Source: Fimbriosthenelais zetlandica (taxonomy: Eukaryota). From it: a stretch of DNA of 64,000 nucleotides. The stretch is from contig OZ365112.1 of assembly GCA_977030845.1 (NCBI GenBank), forward strand, positions 14,570,001 through 14,634,000, read 5' to 3'. This document shows, in pieces, positions 1 to 12,000 of this stretch (its first letter is position 1; each line of letters begins with the position of its first letter). The notes under the pieces are model-generated. The model was given only the letters and a program-made list of their open reading frames with translations. It did no database searches and was not told the origin of the DNA. The translations under genes were made by a program, and so were the position numbers.

Positions 1-2798
1 TGTTGCAGGTGCACTGATAGTGGCACTGGAGGGGGGTGCTGAATACGCGGGGAAGGTAGGTTCTATAGATGGACCTCCCATACTGGAGGAAGCCTTAGGT
101 TTAAAATCAGGCCCCACAGGGGCTGACTGATGCATGGTCGTCTGAAAACACAAGATCAATCAGTTAATGTTTAATTCTATCAAAATAATAGGAAATATTG
201 AAAAATAAGGTTTGCAGGGAGATTAAGTTATACATTGTACAATGATTACCTTGACCTGTGCAGCTGCTGGGAAGAGGGGCTTACTTGGGCCGCTTCTGGA
301 GACGGTAGGCGGCATGGCTTGAGATGATGGAGGACCCATCATTCTATTATGGTGCATTGGGCCGTTGGGCATCATCGGACCCATTGGACCCATAGGGGGC
401 ATCCTGCTGACATAAGAAATCATATTCAATATTATAAGACTTAGACAAATAGTCTTTCAAATCATTGTTTCTTTAATTATATTCAACTGAACATATAAAT
501 TACCGGTACCCAATTTTATCAAAAGATGGGAAATGGCAATCACCCATCTTATAATGTATAATTATACTTACGGTCCCATTGGTCCCATAGGTCCCATTGG
601 CCCCATCGGACCTAGGAAAAAACAAAATAACAGATCAAAACTCAAATAATTCACGACATTTACAGTTTGTGAGATACCCAGGTAGCAAGGTACTCACGTT
701 AATCTCTAACAAATAAGTGATTAGTTTACTGGTGTACCTACCACTAGGTTCCAGCTTCTGGGAAAAAACTTCTAGGCATACTTAACTTACCCATGGGTGG
801 AAAGTGACCCATATGATGGCCCATATGCATCATACCCATTGGAGGCATGCCTCCTGGGGGCATTGGAGCCGGCGTGGGCATGCCCGACATTGGTGGCATC
901 ATAGGGGCCGTGGAAACCGTTGGGGTGGGGGCACTTGACGGAGGGGGTGAAGCATCATCAGTCTTAGCCTTTTTGGCGGGGGGTGCTCCGGCACCGCCAG
1001 CGCCGCCTCCACCACCTCCGTCCTCTGAAAAAAAGAAGTTGGTACCGATATTGACATTGTTCAAGGTACTTTGCCTAAAGAGAGTTGTCTCGTGGAAATA
1101 AGATATAGCCAATAAGGATTAGGATGGTTTTCATTTTTAGATCGACTTACTTTCTTGCGAAACATCAGAGTACTGTACTTGGACAAATCCTTACCTAATT
1201 TGGACCTTTCGTGTTCCTTTAAGTCATCCTCAGGAATTCCTTCCATACCATAAATTTCTATTTCGATATTATTCCTTCCAGGTAATGCATTTGGCACTTT
1301 GTCAACCTTTTCTTTATGAACCTACAAGAAACGTATTTAAATGGGTCCATATGAATAATTTAATTATTACGGATTTACCAGATTACAGACTGTCATCTCA
1401 TGTATATCTAATTTTATCTTTGCCATACAGGACAATTCCCTACTGGACAATTCCTAGAATTAAATAATGTTAAATAAATAATAACTAATGTTAAATATTA
1501 TTATTTTGTTAAATATTGTATGGCATTGAACAGTGCTCAATCAGCTTAAAATAATATCGGTAGGCCTACTCACCTGCATACAGTGAATCGATAACCCCGG
1601 ACCAGTGTAAAGCTTCTTGTGACATAGATGACATTTGAAGTGTTTTGCTTTCTGATGTTGGATCAAAATCTTTTCATCGTCAAATTCCCTGTTACAATAC
1701 CTAAGTAAGTGTCAAGGACTTAACTTCTTATGGTGGAGACTGGCAGTTCCGCTTGGAGCGCTGTACAGAAAACTGCGCATGGCTAATGCCAGCATTAGAA
1801 TGGCACTAGGGCCGAGTTTGGGTTGGATTGGCGTCATTTTGGTTTTTTTAATAGCTCAGGTCACGGGGAATCTCCCAATACCGGGTACAGACCTTTCGCA
1901 GCTGCAGTGGGAATAAGGCGAATAGATTTCGCCTTTAACATTTCCCAATCGTGATCGTGTTCTAGGGCATTTAGCTAAAAAAGTATTGGATGAAACTGGT
2001 TATATAGATAGGCCTAAAATGTTTCTATACACATGTGAAGCCAAAATAGTTCTCGATGGAATTTTTTGTAAGACCTATGGCTATGTTGGAGGTCCCAGAT
2101 AGCTGCTATTTTTGTTTGTGTATTCACCAACTATCCATCAGAGAACCCCAATACACAAATCCGGCTGTATAAGAAATGGGATGTGGAAAAGTAAAGGAAA
2201 GACACTGATAGCCAGGTAGGCCTACTAGATATATGTGTAGGCCTAATATTAAGCTTAAATATTTTGAATGCCCCCCCCCCCACCCCCGAGGAGGGTCTTG
2301 GGGGGTTGGGGGGTGGAGAAGAAATGGGATGTTTAAGAGGGGAGGAAAGACACAGGTAGGCCTACTAGATATAAATTATGCTTAATGTTAAGCCTAAATA
2401 TTGTGAAAGCCCCCACCCCCACCCCCGACCAGACAGGCTGAGCGATATTAAGGGCAATTATAATTTATTAGATGTAAATCATTATAATTTAATTAATACT
2501 TTACTGTTTACAGTAATTTCGAAAATCACTTGTGGTTATGTAGTCTGATTCCTTCCATTAATGTCTATATGGAAGTACAACTACACAGTAACAAGTATGA
2601 CGCAATATGAAGGGAATGTACGTGAAATGTTACCATTTTTAAGCGGAGGCAGCGTGGAGCCCAAAAGACAACAAGAAATGGGTCGGGATGTGGACGAGGC
2701 GTAAGTAGAAAACAAATTCCAGTTGTTCACTCTAATCAAACATTACAAAAAGGATACCAGCACCACGGTTTAAGTTGCTTCTTCTTTTTCCTTCCCAT
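1..2798 (-). CDS. ZNF207: BUB3-interacting GLEBS-motif zinc-finger protein BuGZ; 3' end runs off the window. Exons: 2758-2798, 1574-1700, 1195-1321, 791-1024, 572-611, about 250/256-403/406, <1-141
   Basis: Spliced N-terminus [65 protein letters not shown] region [16 protein letters not shown], Pro/Met-rich low-complexity middle, KPLFP and TFPAY motifs. All GT-AG phases close. Confidence 0.96.
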
Positions 2799-4820
2799 TT
2801 TGTTTAGATGGCCGAATCAAGACGTGAACGCAAGAGAATGGGTCATATAAATCTCGGTAAGGACGATTCCAAGTTTACAACCACACAAAATGGCGTCGGG
2901 TTGAAATGTAGGTGAGATGCCCGGATGTTTGTAGTTCCTCTGGTAGCCGTGTAGCCGTGGCGGCAGCAGTTTACCGCCCCATGCACAATGCCGCCATCAC
3001 CGACAAAAGCGGGAACTAATGGCCAATGCAAAGGCATGGGAGAAAGGTTTTCGCCCCTGTTAGTGTTACCCCTGTTACTCGGCAATTTCCTGGCCACCGA
3101 CTTTATATGCAGGTAGATAGATATAATTTTCACATACAGGTATTCACAGTTTGTGAGAGGAAGAAAGTGTTTTCTGAAAAAAACACTTCTAGAAATGTTC
3201 TCGTAGATCTATATAATATTTCGTCAATGGAACAAATTTCAGGCGTCATTTATCAAATATTTTATTAGGCTCAGGCTATCTATAAGCCTCTATTGGTAGG
3301 AGCCTATTTTAAAATGTACGGTTCGGTAAGAGAATCAAAGCAAAAATAGCCAACTATTCCATTCTCGAGTGTGGGAACAACCTTGTTACGTTTTTAAAAA
3401 AAATGAGTTAAGACTAATGTAATGGTAGCATATATGATTGAGCAAAATTTTATTTCAAATATATCGAAAAGCTACAAAACCTTTTATATCATTTACCACG
3501 CTAATGCAGAGACATAATCCGATCAACACATAATGGCCTGACTGAAATAATATAGGATTTGATTACTTTGATGTCTGTGAAAATGTTAACTACTCACAAA
3601 ATGAATGAACTATAAGCTAGATACCCGGTACTATATAACATTGTAATATTACATTGATCAATAAGGAGTCAATGATTAAATATTAATAAATCACATACAA
3701 GAACCGTACTATTAAGCGCAATATTCCACAACCAGTGGGAAATTGATAATACCGTATTATACCGGTATCCAAGAACCTTTAACCATATTAGAAAAACTAG
3801 TGAGGTACGGTACGGTACCCTAATACTAATAGCCCACAAAATAAATTGGCATACATATGCTTCAATTACAAAAAAAACGTCGAAAAAATAAAATAATTTA
3901 ATGGAATGTAGTATTCCTTCACAAATGGCTTCATATATACACTGGTCGGCTTTAAAGGGTTAAGTACGTTAATGTAGAGTTCAATACGCTGATTCTACTT
4001 CGCAACAGGACCTAGAAAAAACTGAGACATCCTTGACAAAATTAAAATCTATCGAACAAACGTACCCGGTACCGGTACTAATGAATCATGGTGGCAAGGT
4101 AGATCTTAGCTCGTGGAATAATTCTGGAATGCACTATAGTTATAGGTCGTGTAGATGCATGAATGCGTAGGCTATATTTTACTGCAAGATACATGTACGC
4201 CTAGACAGGCTCGGAACAATAAATTAATAGTTGAAATAATCATTATTCATGGTCCAGGCTATAAATCTCTTCTAGGTCTTACTTTAGCTATTATGCTATA
4301 GACTTTAAAATTTGTCTATAGGCCTAGGAATGAAAAAAAAACCCGCTTGATTTGAACTTAAATAGTACCGGTACAGACACCGTACATCTTATTTGCCTAC
4401 GATTCGAATCTATCATATATTACCGGTATATCGTAGATTAATAACAGTCGAACATTCTTTCGTCAAATACCGTGTAGAATCACATAGCCTACAGATTATC
4501 CTGAACATTATCCTGAACATTGGAAACAGGACTACCTATACATACACATACATATGACATAAATATTATATCAGTAGGCCTACTCAGATAGGTCACAGGT
4601 ATCATAATTACTACAGGTACATATGATATGCAGCATAGTGCTCCCTATCACAATATTTTTTGCTTTTTACATTACAGTAACAAACATGGGTTTCTGATGA
4701 AATGAGATGATACGAAATTCTCCTAAATTTCCATTAGATATGAAACAATTGGAATAATCCTGGTAGGCGTCCAATAAATGTTCTGTTTCGATTTGGAATT
4801 TCTATTGATGGAATGTTCCT

Positions 4821-5666
4821 TCAGTTCACTTTCTTTGCTTGAATTTTTTGGTTCATTTCCCTCTCTTTCTTGGCGATATAGGCATTGTAGAAGAAATAGG
4901 AGAATAAAACGAAGTAGCTGAAATACATCATGAGCGAATACTTGAGGTTTTCAAAGGACTGCTGACAGAAATCACCACGGTTTTTTATTTGGTAGGTCCA
5001 GAAGTTGATGGAAGTTCCGATGATCATCTGCATTATTTGCATGGATGTTATAGCCACCATCACCCATTTCGGAATTCTGAACCGCATGGCTCTGAAGGCA
5101 TAATAGGTGTACATAAACGAGTGCACTGTATAATTCATCACCATGAAATAACGACCAGGTCCAAGGTGGGCAGGGTAGGAATACCAGACGTAGACAAGCG
5201 TAGAGATGTGGTGATACCAATGAAGGAAAATGAGCTGCTGTTTTCTGAATACGATGAAGAAAGTGTCCCCCAGCTCGTACACCTTAGAAATTGTGAACAT
5301 GAAAGCCCAGAAACCGGTAGGTCCATTAAAGTAGGAAGGGTTGCAGACAGAATATTCCCATCCATGCTTACGGATAACGTGTACCAGCTCTGGAATGGTA
5401 CGAATTGCTCCGAATATACTGAAAATCCCTAAGATCGCACTCCATAAGGCTAGTGCCGGTCGAATCTCAAACCTCGGTCGCTTCTCCATATAATATTTTC
5501 CACCGAAGATGAGTACAACATAGAGTGCAGAGTACCAGAAGCTGAGGGTCCAGTTCTGCAGCATCCATTGCAAGAAGGATTCCTCATCGAAGTTCTTCTC
5601 AAATTGGAATATCATTGAGTAGTTGAAGTCCGATGTGGAGATTCGTGCCATCGCCCCGGTCTCCAT
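4821..5666 (-). CDS. ELOVL6: Very-long-chain fatty acid elongase, ELOVL6/ELOVL3-like, single coding exon
   Basis: Uninterrupted ORF with KVYELGDT, FLHWYHH histidine box, MNYTVHSFMYTYY, LQ-equivalent SMQIMQM and a C-terminal KKVN ER-retrieval signal. Start set at the first ATG (caaaATGg, 5666), not the TTG at 5726 used by the ORF track. Confidence 0.9.
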   Translation of the reverse strand: METGAMARISTSDFNYSMIFQFEKNFDEESFLQWMLQNWTLSFWYSALYVVLIFGGKYYMEKRPRFEIRPALALWSAILGIFSIFGAIRTIPELVHVIRKHGWEYSVCNPSYFNGPTGFWAFMFTISKVYELGDTFFIVFRKQQLIFLHWYHHISTLVYVWYSYPAHLGPGRYFMVMNYTVHSFMYTYYAFRAMRFRIPKWVMVAITSMQIMQMIIGTSINFWTYQIKNRGDFCQQSFENLKYSLMMYFSYFVLFSYFFYNAYIAKKEREMNQKIQAKKVN

Positions 5667-5896
5667 TTTGGCGATTCTCTTATGGAATTGAATAATCTTG
5701 GCCTTTTTATTAAGCCTGACAGCCAAGGACTTAGGGCTGAGGGTGGCTGTCTGGGGCTGGCAGCAGGCGGGATGCCGGCTGGTGGTTGATCGATATGGTG
5801 ATTATATGTCGAGCATTCTCATTGGTCAATCCACCTCAGTCGGTTTTCTCCGCCAATCAGAATACGCTACACGGTCACTTCCGGTAAAGAAGCAAT
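5667..5896. promoter_or_regulatory. Compact bidirectional promoter between ELOVL6-like and TXNDC15
   Basis: 230 bp between divergent ATGs. Oppositely oriented CCAAT boxes (attgg 5821-5825, ccaat 5853-5857) and an ETS/GABP-type ACTTCCGG at 5877-5884. Confidence 0.7.
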
Positions 5897-8005
5897 ATGG
5901 CGGACAAGTTGATGTCCTCTCTGCTTTCACCACTAGTTTTTTGCTGTTTACTCTGTAAGTATGCTCTAGTACGTTGATCTAAACATGTTAATTAAAGGAA
6001 TGATATGTGTTGTTAATCAAGGTTCATCTGTTTTGATGCTGAGTGCTTTACTTTGTCTATAAATCGGTGAAATTAGGACGAAATTCCTCAGCCTATGCCT
6101 CCATACAATGGCCATGTTAGTGATCGCCTGAATGGATGTCAGTACATCCGCACTTGCGGCCACTCCTCCTAAGCTCCGCCCATAACACTGTCGTAATATC
6201 GTACGATCGGAGCTGATGGTGCTTGTTTGTGGTTGGGGGCGGGGCCCTTATGAGGTTACTAGGCTACCTGTCACAACTTTAGAAGGCAGCTCAAGCATGG
6301 TAGAACTAAACTATAGTCTATACTATGTGACAGTCAGAACTAAACTATACTATGTGACAGTCAGAACTAAACTACTATGTGACAGTCTGCCGGTATTAGT
6401 AATTACTGTACCATACCTATTTACAGGTAACTTGTAAATGCAGGTTCTTCAAGTCGATGGTTGCACCATGCAACTCTCCGCAAATTATTTAAACGTAATA
6501 CATAGATCTAAGGCTATAGGCTAAAATTAAAAAAATAATTGTATAGGCCTAATATGGGTTATAGAATATAGGCCGAAAACAGACCATTCTCTGAAGTACA
6601 GTAGATTTAGTAAACACTAGATGCTAATGTAAAAATTATTTAAACCGAACCCGAGGGTAACCTACTTATTTTATGCAATCCAAAATATATGACAAAAATA
6701 TTTTATTATTTTCAGTATGTCTTCACGGAGAAGATATATCAGGATATGTCCCCCTCAACACAGGCAAAGTTGGTGTTCCAATGACTCCAAACCTTGTACC
6801 CCAAGTGGACACCAACTCTGTTCTGGAAGAAGGAGAGATGATTGAGACAGCAGCCAGTGATCTCGAATCTGAAGTGAGCCTGGAAGAATGGGAGGATGAG
6901 AACCAAGACGGTGGAGACACAGTGGCGTTTATAGGTGGATCTAGCCCTAAGCCTACATATGTTGATGTCCTGTTAGGCCGAGTCAATAGCCATGGGGGTC
7001 TTCTCCTCCCCGGAGATATAGGCCTTACTGTGATTCCCACTGGATTTAATGGGACGGACGCAAAGAATGGAAACAGCACGGATAAAACTAGAAAAATCAT
7101 GTGTGTCGGAAAGAATATTACAGAGAATGAAACTGCAATGATTAGACTGGTTAATAACACGGGTTTACTTTCCAGTGTGGGACTGAAAAATGAAACTTCT
7201 TCACCTAACTGTGCCGTGGTTATGTTCTATGCCCCGTGGTGTGTTTTCTGCGCCAAAACCGCACCTCATTATAACGCTTTGGCTAGGGCCTTTCCTCAGC
7301 TGGATATAATGGCCATCGATGCCATTCATTTTAGCAAGTGAGTGATCATTTTCTTTTGCTTTCCTGTATAATATGTATGTAGAATATAGGAAATTATATT
7401 TGAAATTATTTTCCTTGACTGATATTTCACGTGTTTTTCTTGTGCTATTTATGATATTTTTTCCCCATTTCAGTCTAAATGCACGGTTTGGGACAGTGGC
7501 TGTACCAAACATTCTCATATTCCATAATGGCAAAGCTGTTGCCCGATTTAACGCATCTATGCGGACACTAGATTTGATGGTCCGCTTTGTTTCCAACGTC
7601 ACAGGTATCTAGATAATATAGTTACTAAAAGTTAATGATATTCTCTTTCTTCACGTACCGTACCTTATTTGGGTATTAGGTTTAATCTATGAAGCGTCAC
7701 ATCATAAAGCCCTGATTCTACTAATTATTTAGACCCGTTCTCATATGTCGCCTTAATTAATAATGAACGGTTCTCTTTTCTTTCAAGGTCTGTCTGCTGT
7801 GACGAATGTGAGTGTAGAGGAGTGGGATTACGAAGGCCCCTTACCAAGTGTACCCACCCAAGAACCAGACTATCTCCTGTGGCTATCATGGGCCTTTGTT
7901 CTCTTATTCACGGCATATATAGTCGGAAAATCTGCAATAGGTCAAGGAATATGGGCTAGCTTTGCAGCTTTTGGACATGAACCTACTCATCAACATATTG
8001 ATTAA
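5897..8005 (+). CDS. TXNDC15: Thioredoxin domain-containing protein 15. Exons 5897-5954, 6716-7337, 7474-7604, 7788-8005
   Basis: Signal-peptide-like exon 1, acidic luminal region, thioredoxin fold VMFYAPWCVFCAKTAPHYNALARAFPQL, RFGTVAVPNILIFHNGKAVARFN, and a C-terminal TM helix DYLLWLSWAFVLLF. Phases close. Confidence 0.92.
6302..6387. repeat. Minisatellite, about 3 copies of a ~27-bp unit (agaactaaactatactatgtgacagtc) in TXNDC15 intron 1
   Basis: Direct inspection of the tandem copies. Confidence 0.85.
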
Positions 8006-9047
8006 ATATTCCTTGGAGGATTGGTGATATTATTGGATCTGTGATGTCTTAATATTCTGTATTAAGAACTTAGAATGATGTGGGTGTTAATGTTGTAAGT
8101 GATGCGTGCGAGAAGTTATTCAGTTTGACAGTTTGAATTAATCGGATTCTTGGACTATCATTTAATCCCCATGAATACCACATGTTCCGCGACTATTTGT
8201 GAACTGAAGTGTATCTGATGTTTGTACAGTTGTATTTTAATTGACATTTTTTACAATTATGTTACCTACCGGATCAGTACTTGTCCATTTAATGTGTTAC
8301 TTATATGTAAATTCAATGGCATTCGCGTGTAAATATTTTCTTTGCTAAATTTCTTACATGAATACAATCGTGTTCAGGAAAGTGCAACTCTAAAGACAGA
8401 AAATATGATCATCATGAATGATTATTTATTGCATCAAAATGTGGTAGTCATATTTAGTTTACAAGTCAGAATAATACATTCTAAGTATGTTCTGGTATAT
8501 CTAGTTTAAAACATTTAAATCGATATTCAATCGCTGTACAAGAAATGGAATATGCGGTAATAAATTTAATTTATGAATACACTTGAAAACTCTGCTTTGC
8601 ATTAAAGCATATGTCAAGATAAATATGGGAAAAATATCACAATGTGCTTATGGTGTAAAGCTAAAATGCTTCATGCTTTCGTTAAGTATTGTACCAGCTT
8701 CTCGGTGATGGTCGTTTCATTCTTTGTCAATAGTAAAGATCTTATTTGAGTAGTGGATAATATCCACATCAACTATTATAATTGTACATCAATGAATTAA
8801 AAGAAAGCATTCACAGAACAAAAATCACAAGGTATTCAAATGCCCCACTCGAAGTCTTCAGTTAATAAATAGGCAGGGTTTTATAAACGAGATTCTAAAG
8901 AAGCGTGATATTTATACAAGTCATTATTTAACCTTTTAGGCTTTCTCAATATGATTTTAATAAGGTATTTCCTTTTTTAACATGACAATATGGACGGAAT
9001 GTATATGCTTGGAATCTCACTGCCCTATTTAAAGATAAGTGTCATGT

Positions 9048-12000
9048 TTAATCGTCCAGTTGACATAGGGACGCCACACCTCTGTTGATCCAGTGGTTTT
9101 GACTTTCACTTGAAGGCAGCTCGAGCCACAGTACGAAGTTTGTGGAATGTCCTGTGGTAGACAGTGTACCTCGCCTGGCGCTGGTCTTGTATACTGGACA
9201 GCGGTATATAGGCTGGTGTTTGAACTTCTCTACCTCGCCAGGTATTAGCCAGATAACTGGGATTGTGTCATAGAGAATTTTCGGTAGAGACTCACCGAGT
9301 TTCTTGTCCTTTCTGTCCCATCGTGCACCTTCCAGATAGAGACCCTGAAATAAAGAACAGTGGTCATAATATATTTTGATATAAATAGCCTAAATGTGTA
9401 TTCAGTATTTCACGGTATTTTTTCCCCACTAAATGTATACAAACTGTGTCATAAAATACTTACATAAACATAAGCGCCATCCTCTGGTTTTTGTGGCATT
9501 TGTCGCTCCTCGTCCATTACAGCAAACTGGAATCCTAGCTTGTCAATAGGGATGGTGTATTTTCTGGCAAAGTTTTGAGAAACTCCTGCAAAGAGAAAAC
9601 ATACATTACAGTATAGGCAGAAATAGGTTTTTATAGTTGCAGTATTAGAATATAAAGGAACTATGAAATTCCTAAAGATCTAGCTGCTGATACTGATAGC
9701 ATATTATATCTTACCAGTGAAGAAGGACTGAGTGAAATAGAATCCAGAAACCCAGAAAGTCACTGGGGTTCCATTATCTATCCATTCCTGGAAGAACTGG
9801 AGACGTCCGAAGAGATCTGCCATATAGGAGCCGAGTGGTTTGAGGGAGGGGTAAGACTTGGCCGCCCACGCTGCCGGCTGCTTGCCCACCAACATGGAGT
9901 CAAAGACTTCCTCCAGCTCGCCCGACATGACCACCAAACCTTTGATGGCTTTCTGGAGGTTGATAAGGGAATCACGCACCACCGCAACAAGGCGGTTATA
10001 ACGGATTAACTCCTGACGGAGTACTGTGTTCATAGATTCATCATATACCACAGGATACATTTCCATCACCTGAAAATAATGAATGGGAAGAAATGAAATT
10101 TAAGACATCCCAATAACTAACAAGTAATGGTCCCCACCAGGAAGAACAAGATCTTCGGTTATTTTCTTCTTTTTTTTTCGGGAGAATAAACTTACCTTTT
10201 CGATATCATAGTCAGCAGGGACCTTAGCCAGGATGTCAGCAGCTAGGTCACCGACCACTTCACCTGGTGACCGGCCCCCTCCTCCTGTCTGTCTGGGTAG
10301 AGTGAGCAGAATACTGTCAAAGAGTCCCTGAGTCTCCTGCTGATCTTTAGTAATGTCGGCATTTTCATGCAGACCAAACACCTCTGGGTTAGGATTCAAT
10401 GGCAAACTTCTGATGTACTCAATGAAGGTATCATAAGAGCCCTCCACAGGGGCAAAGTACATTCCACTCGAGGAAAATCTGTAATGTCAAGGAAGATGAA
10501 TTTTGTGAACATGCATAATTGATGGACAAAAAATGGAAAATAGATTTTACACTGAAATTCATCATCCAAATCTTCAACCCAATTTACAAACTATGTGAAG
10601 AATCTAGGAGGTGAAAACACAGCATTACGTGAGATTCTAGCTCGTCATGCAGCTATGATTTAGGTTATTTACCCATTTTACCCATTTAACACTACTATCC
10701 CACTGCCAGATACCCTAATTTGATAATAAGTATCGGGTACTCTCTGAAGGAGGCCGTAGCACATAAATAATTATGATATTCTTGATTTCTCAAAGCAAAT
10801 ATTCTCGTGAATTCTGTAATATGCTGTGATATGCGTATTCATGCGAATGTTACTCTTTCACAGGAATATATATACCTTCATGCAATACTTACATTCTGAT
10901 ATAAAACTCACTGACAAGGGTAAAAGATATACAAGTAGGAGTCAAATTAATGTGGGACAATCGTAAATTAAACTATTTTCGCTATAAAATAACTTCCTCC
11001 CCACTTAGTTGGAAGCATCCAAATTTCATAATTACTTCCGATTCTTACATGATGTGTGACTGATAGCAAGTCGTTAAACTGATTCAACATCCTTTTTTTA
11101 AAGATAATAATTTGTAGTAGTGCTACTTACTTGTAACCTTCATCTTGTATGATCTCTCTGTTGTAGAAGATGGTAAGGAGAGAAGTTAGAAGACGACGAT
11201 CTTTCTCGTCAGTTACACGACCTCCGTAGTTACACTCACCCGTCAAGTAGACGAGAGCATCCAATGGTAATTCTTCATAATCATTCAGGAACATCTAAAT
11301 GAGATGATAAGTGAGGTCAAGTCATTTCCATACCACAGACAAGTAGGCTCTTGAGATTCTTGAGTTCAGTACCTACTAAAACCATTATGCTCAAACCTCA
11401 CACAGATGTTATCACCAGAAAGATAATTCTAACAATATCTACATGAATGTGATGAGAAATTACCTGTAGCTGAGTCATGGAGATACGGAGGTCAGACTCA
11501 TTAAATTCATACGGTATGTTCCAGCCCAGAGGCCCAAATTTACGTCTCTCCTGAACTAACGCGTGGAAGAAGCATAGGCCGAAAAGCATCTTTTGCCACC
11601 GTCGTCTCTGAAAAATGTATAACAATTACTCATTATTGTAACTTAGTGAGAACAGAATCAGCTTACCTTTTATTCAAACAAGGAACCCTTTTCACTAATG
11701 TAACAAAAATTAGAGAAGTTATGTGGGGAAAGTTGATACTTTGTATGAGGAAATCAATATATTTCAGGCAAAATTTCAAAATGTCAAAAAAGCATCTCTT
11801 TATAAAATTCAACACATGTTGCTTTATAAAGAGCATATATATATAAAACGACTACATAAAGAAAATTTTCTTCTATCCTATATGTGCATAAATCTGTCAA
11901 AAATAGACAGGTTACCGCTACAAATGAGCTCAATGTCCTCAATTATCGTATTATTGTGAATTGAAATATCGAAACCATCTAAGACAGAAAATTGTTTTCT

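Noticed and set aside
847-1101. Plus-strand 84-aa Pro/Gly ORF
   Set aside because: Antisense shadow of the GC-rich ZNF207 exon.
4989-5432. 147-aa plus-strand ORF and two alternative-frame ORFs over the elongase
   Set aside because: Shadow frames with no recognisable motif or independent signals.
5667-5726. N-terminal extension MAVRLNKK of the elongase ORF
   Set aside because: It begins at TTG inside the promoter region; the first good-context ATG is at 5666.
6723-7160. 145-aa minus-strand ORF
   Set aside because: Antisense shadow of TXNDC15 exon 2.
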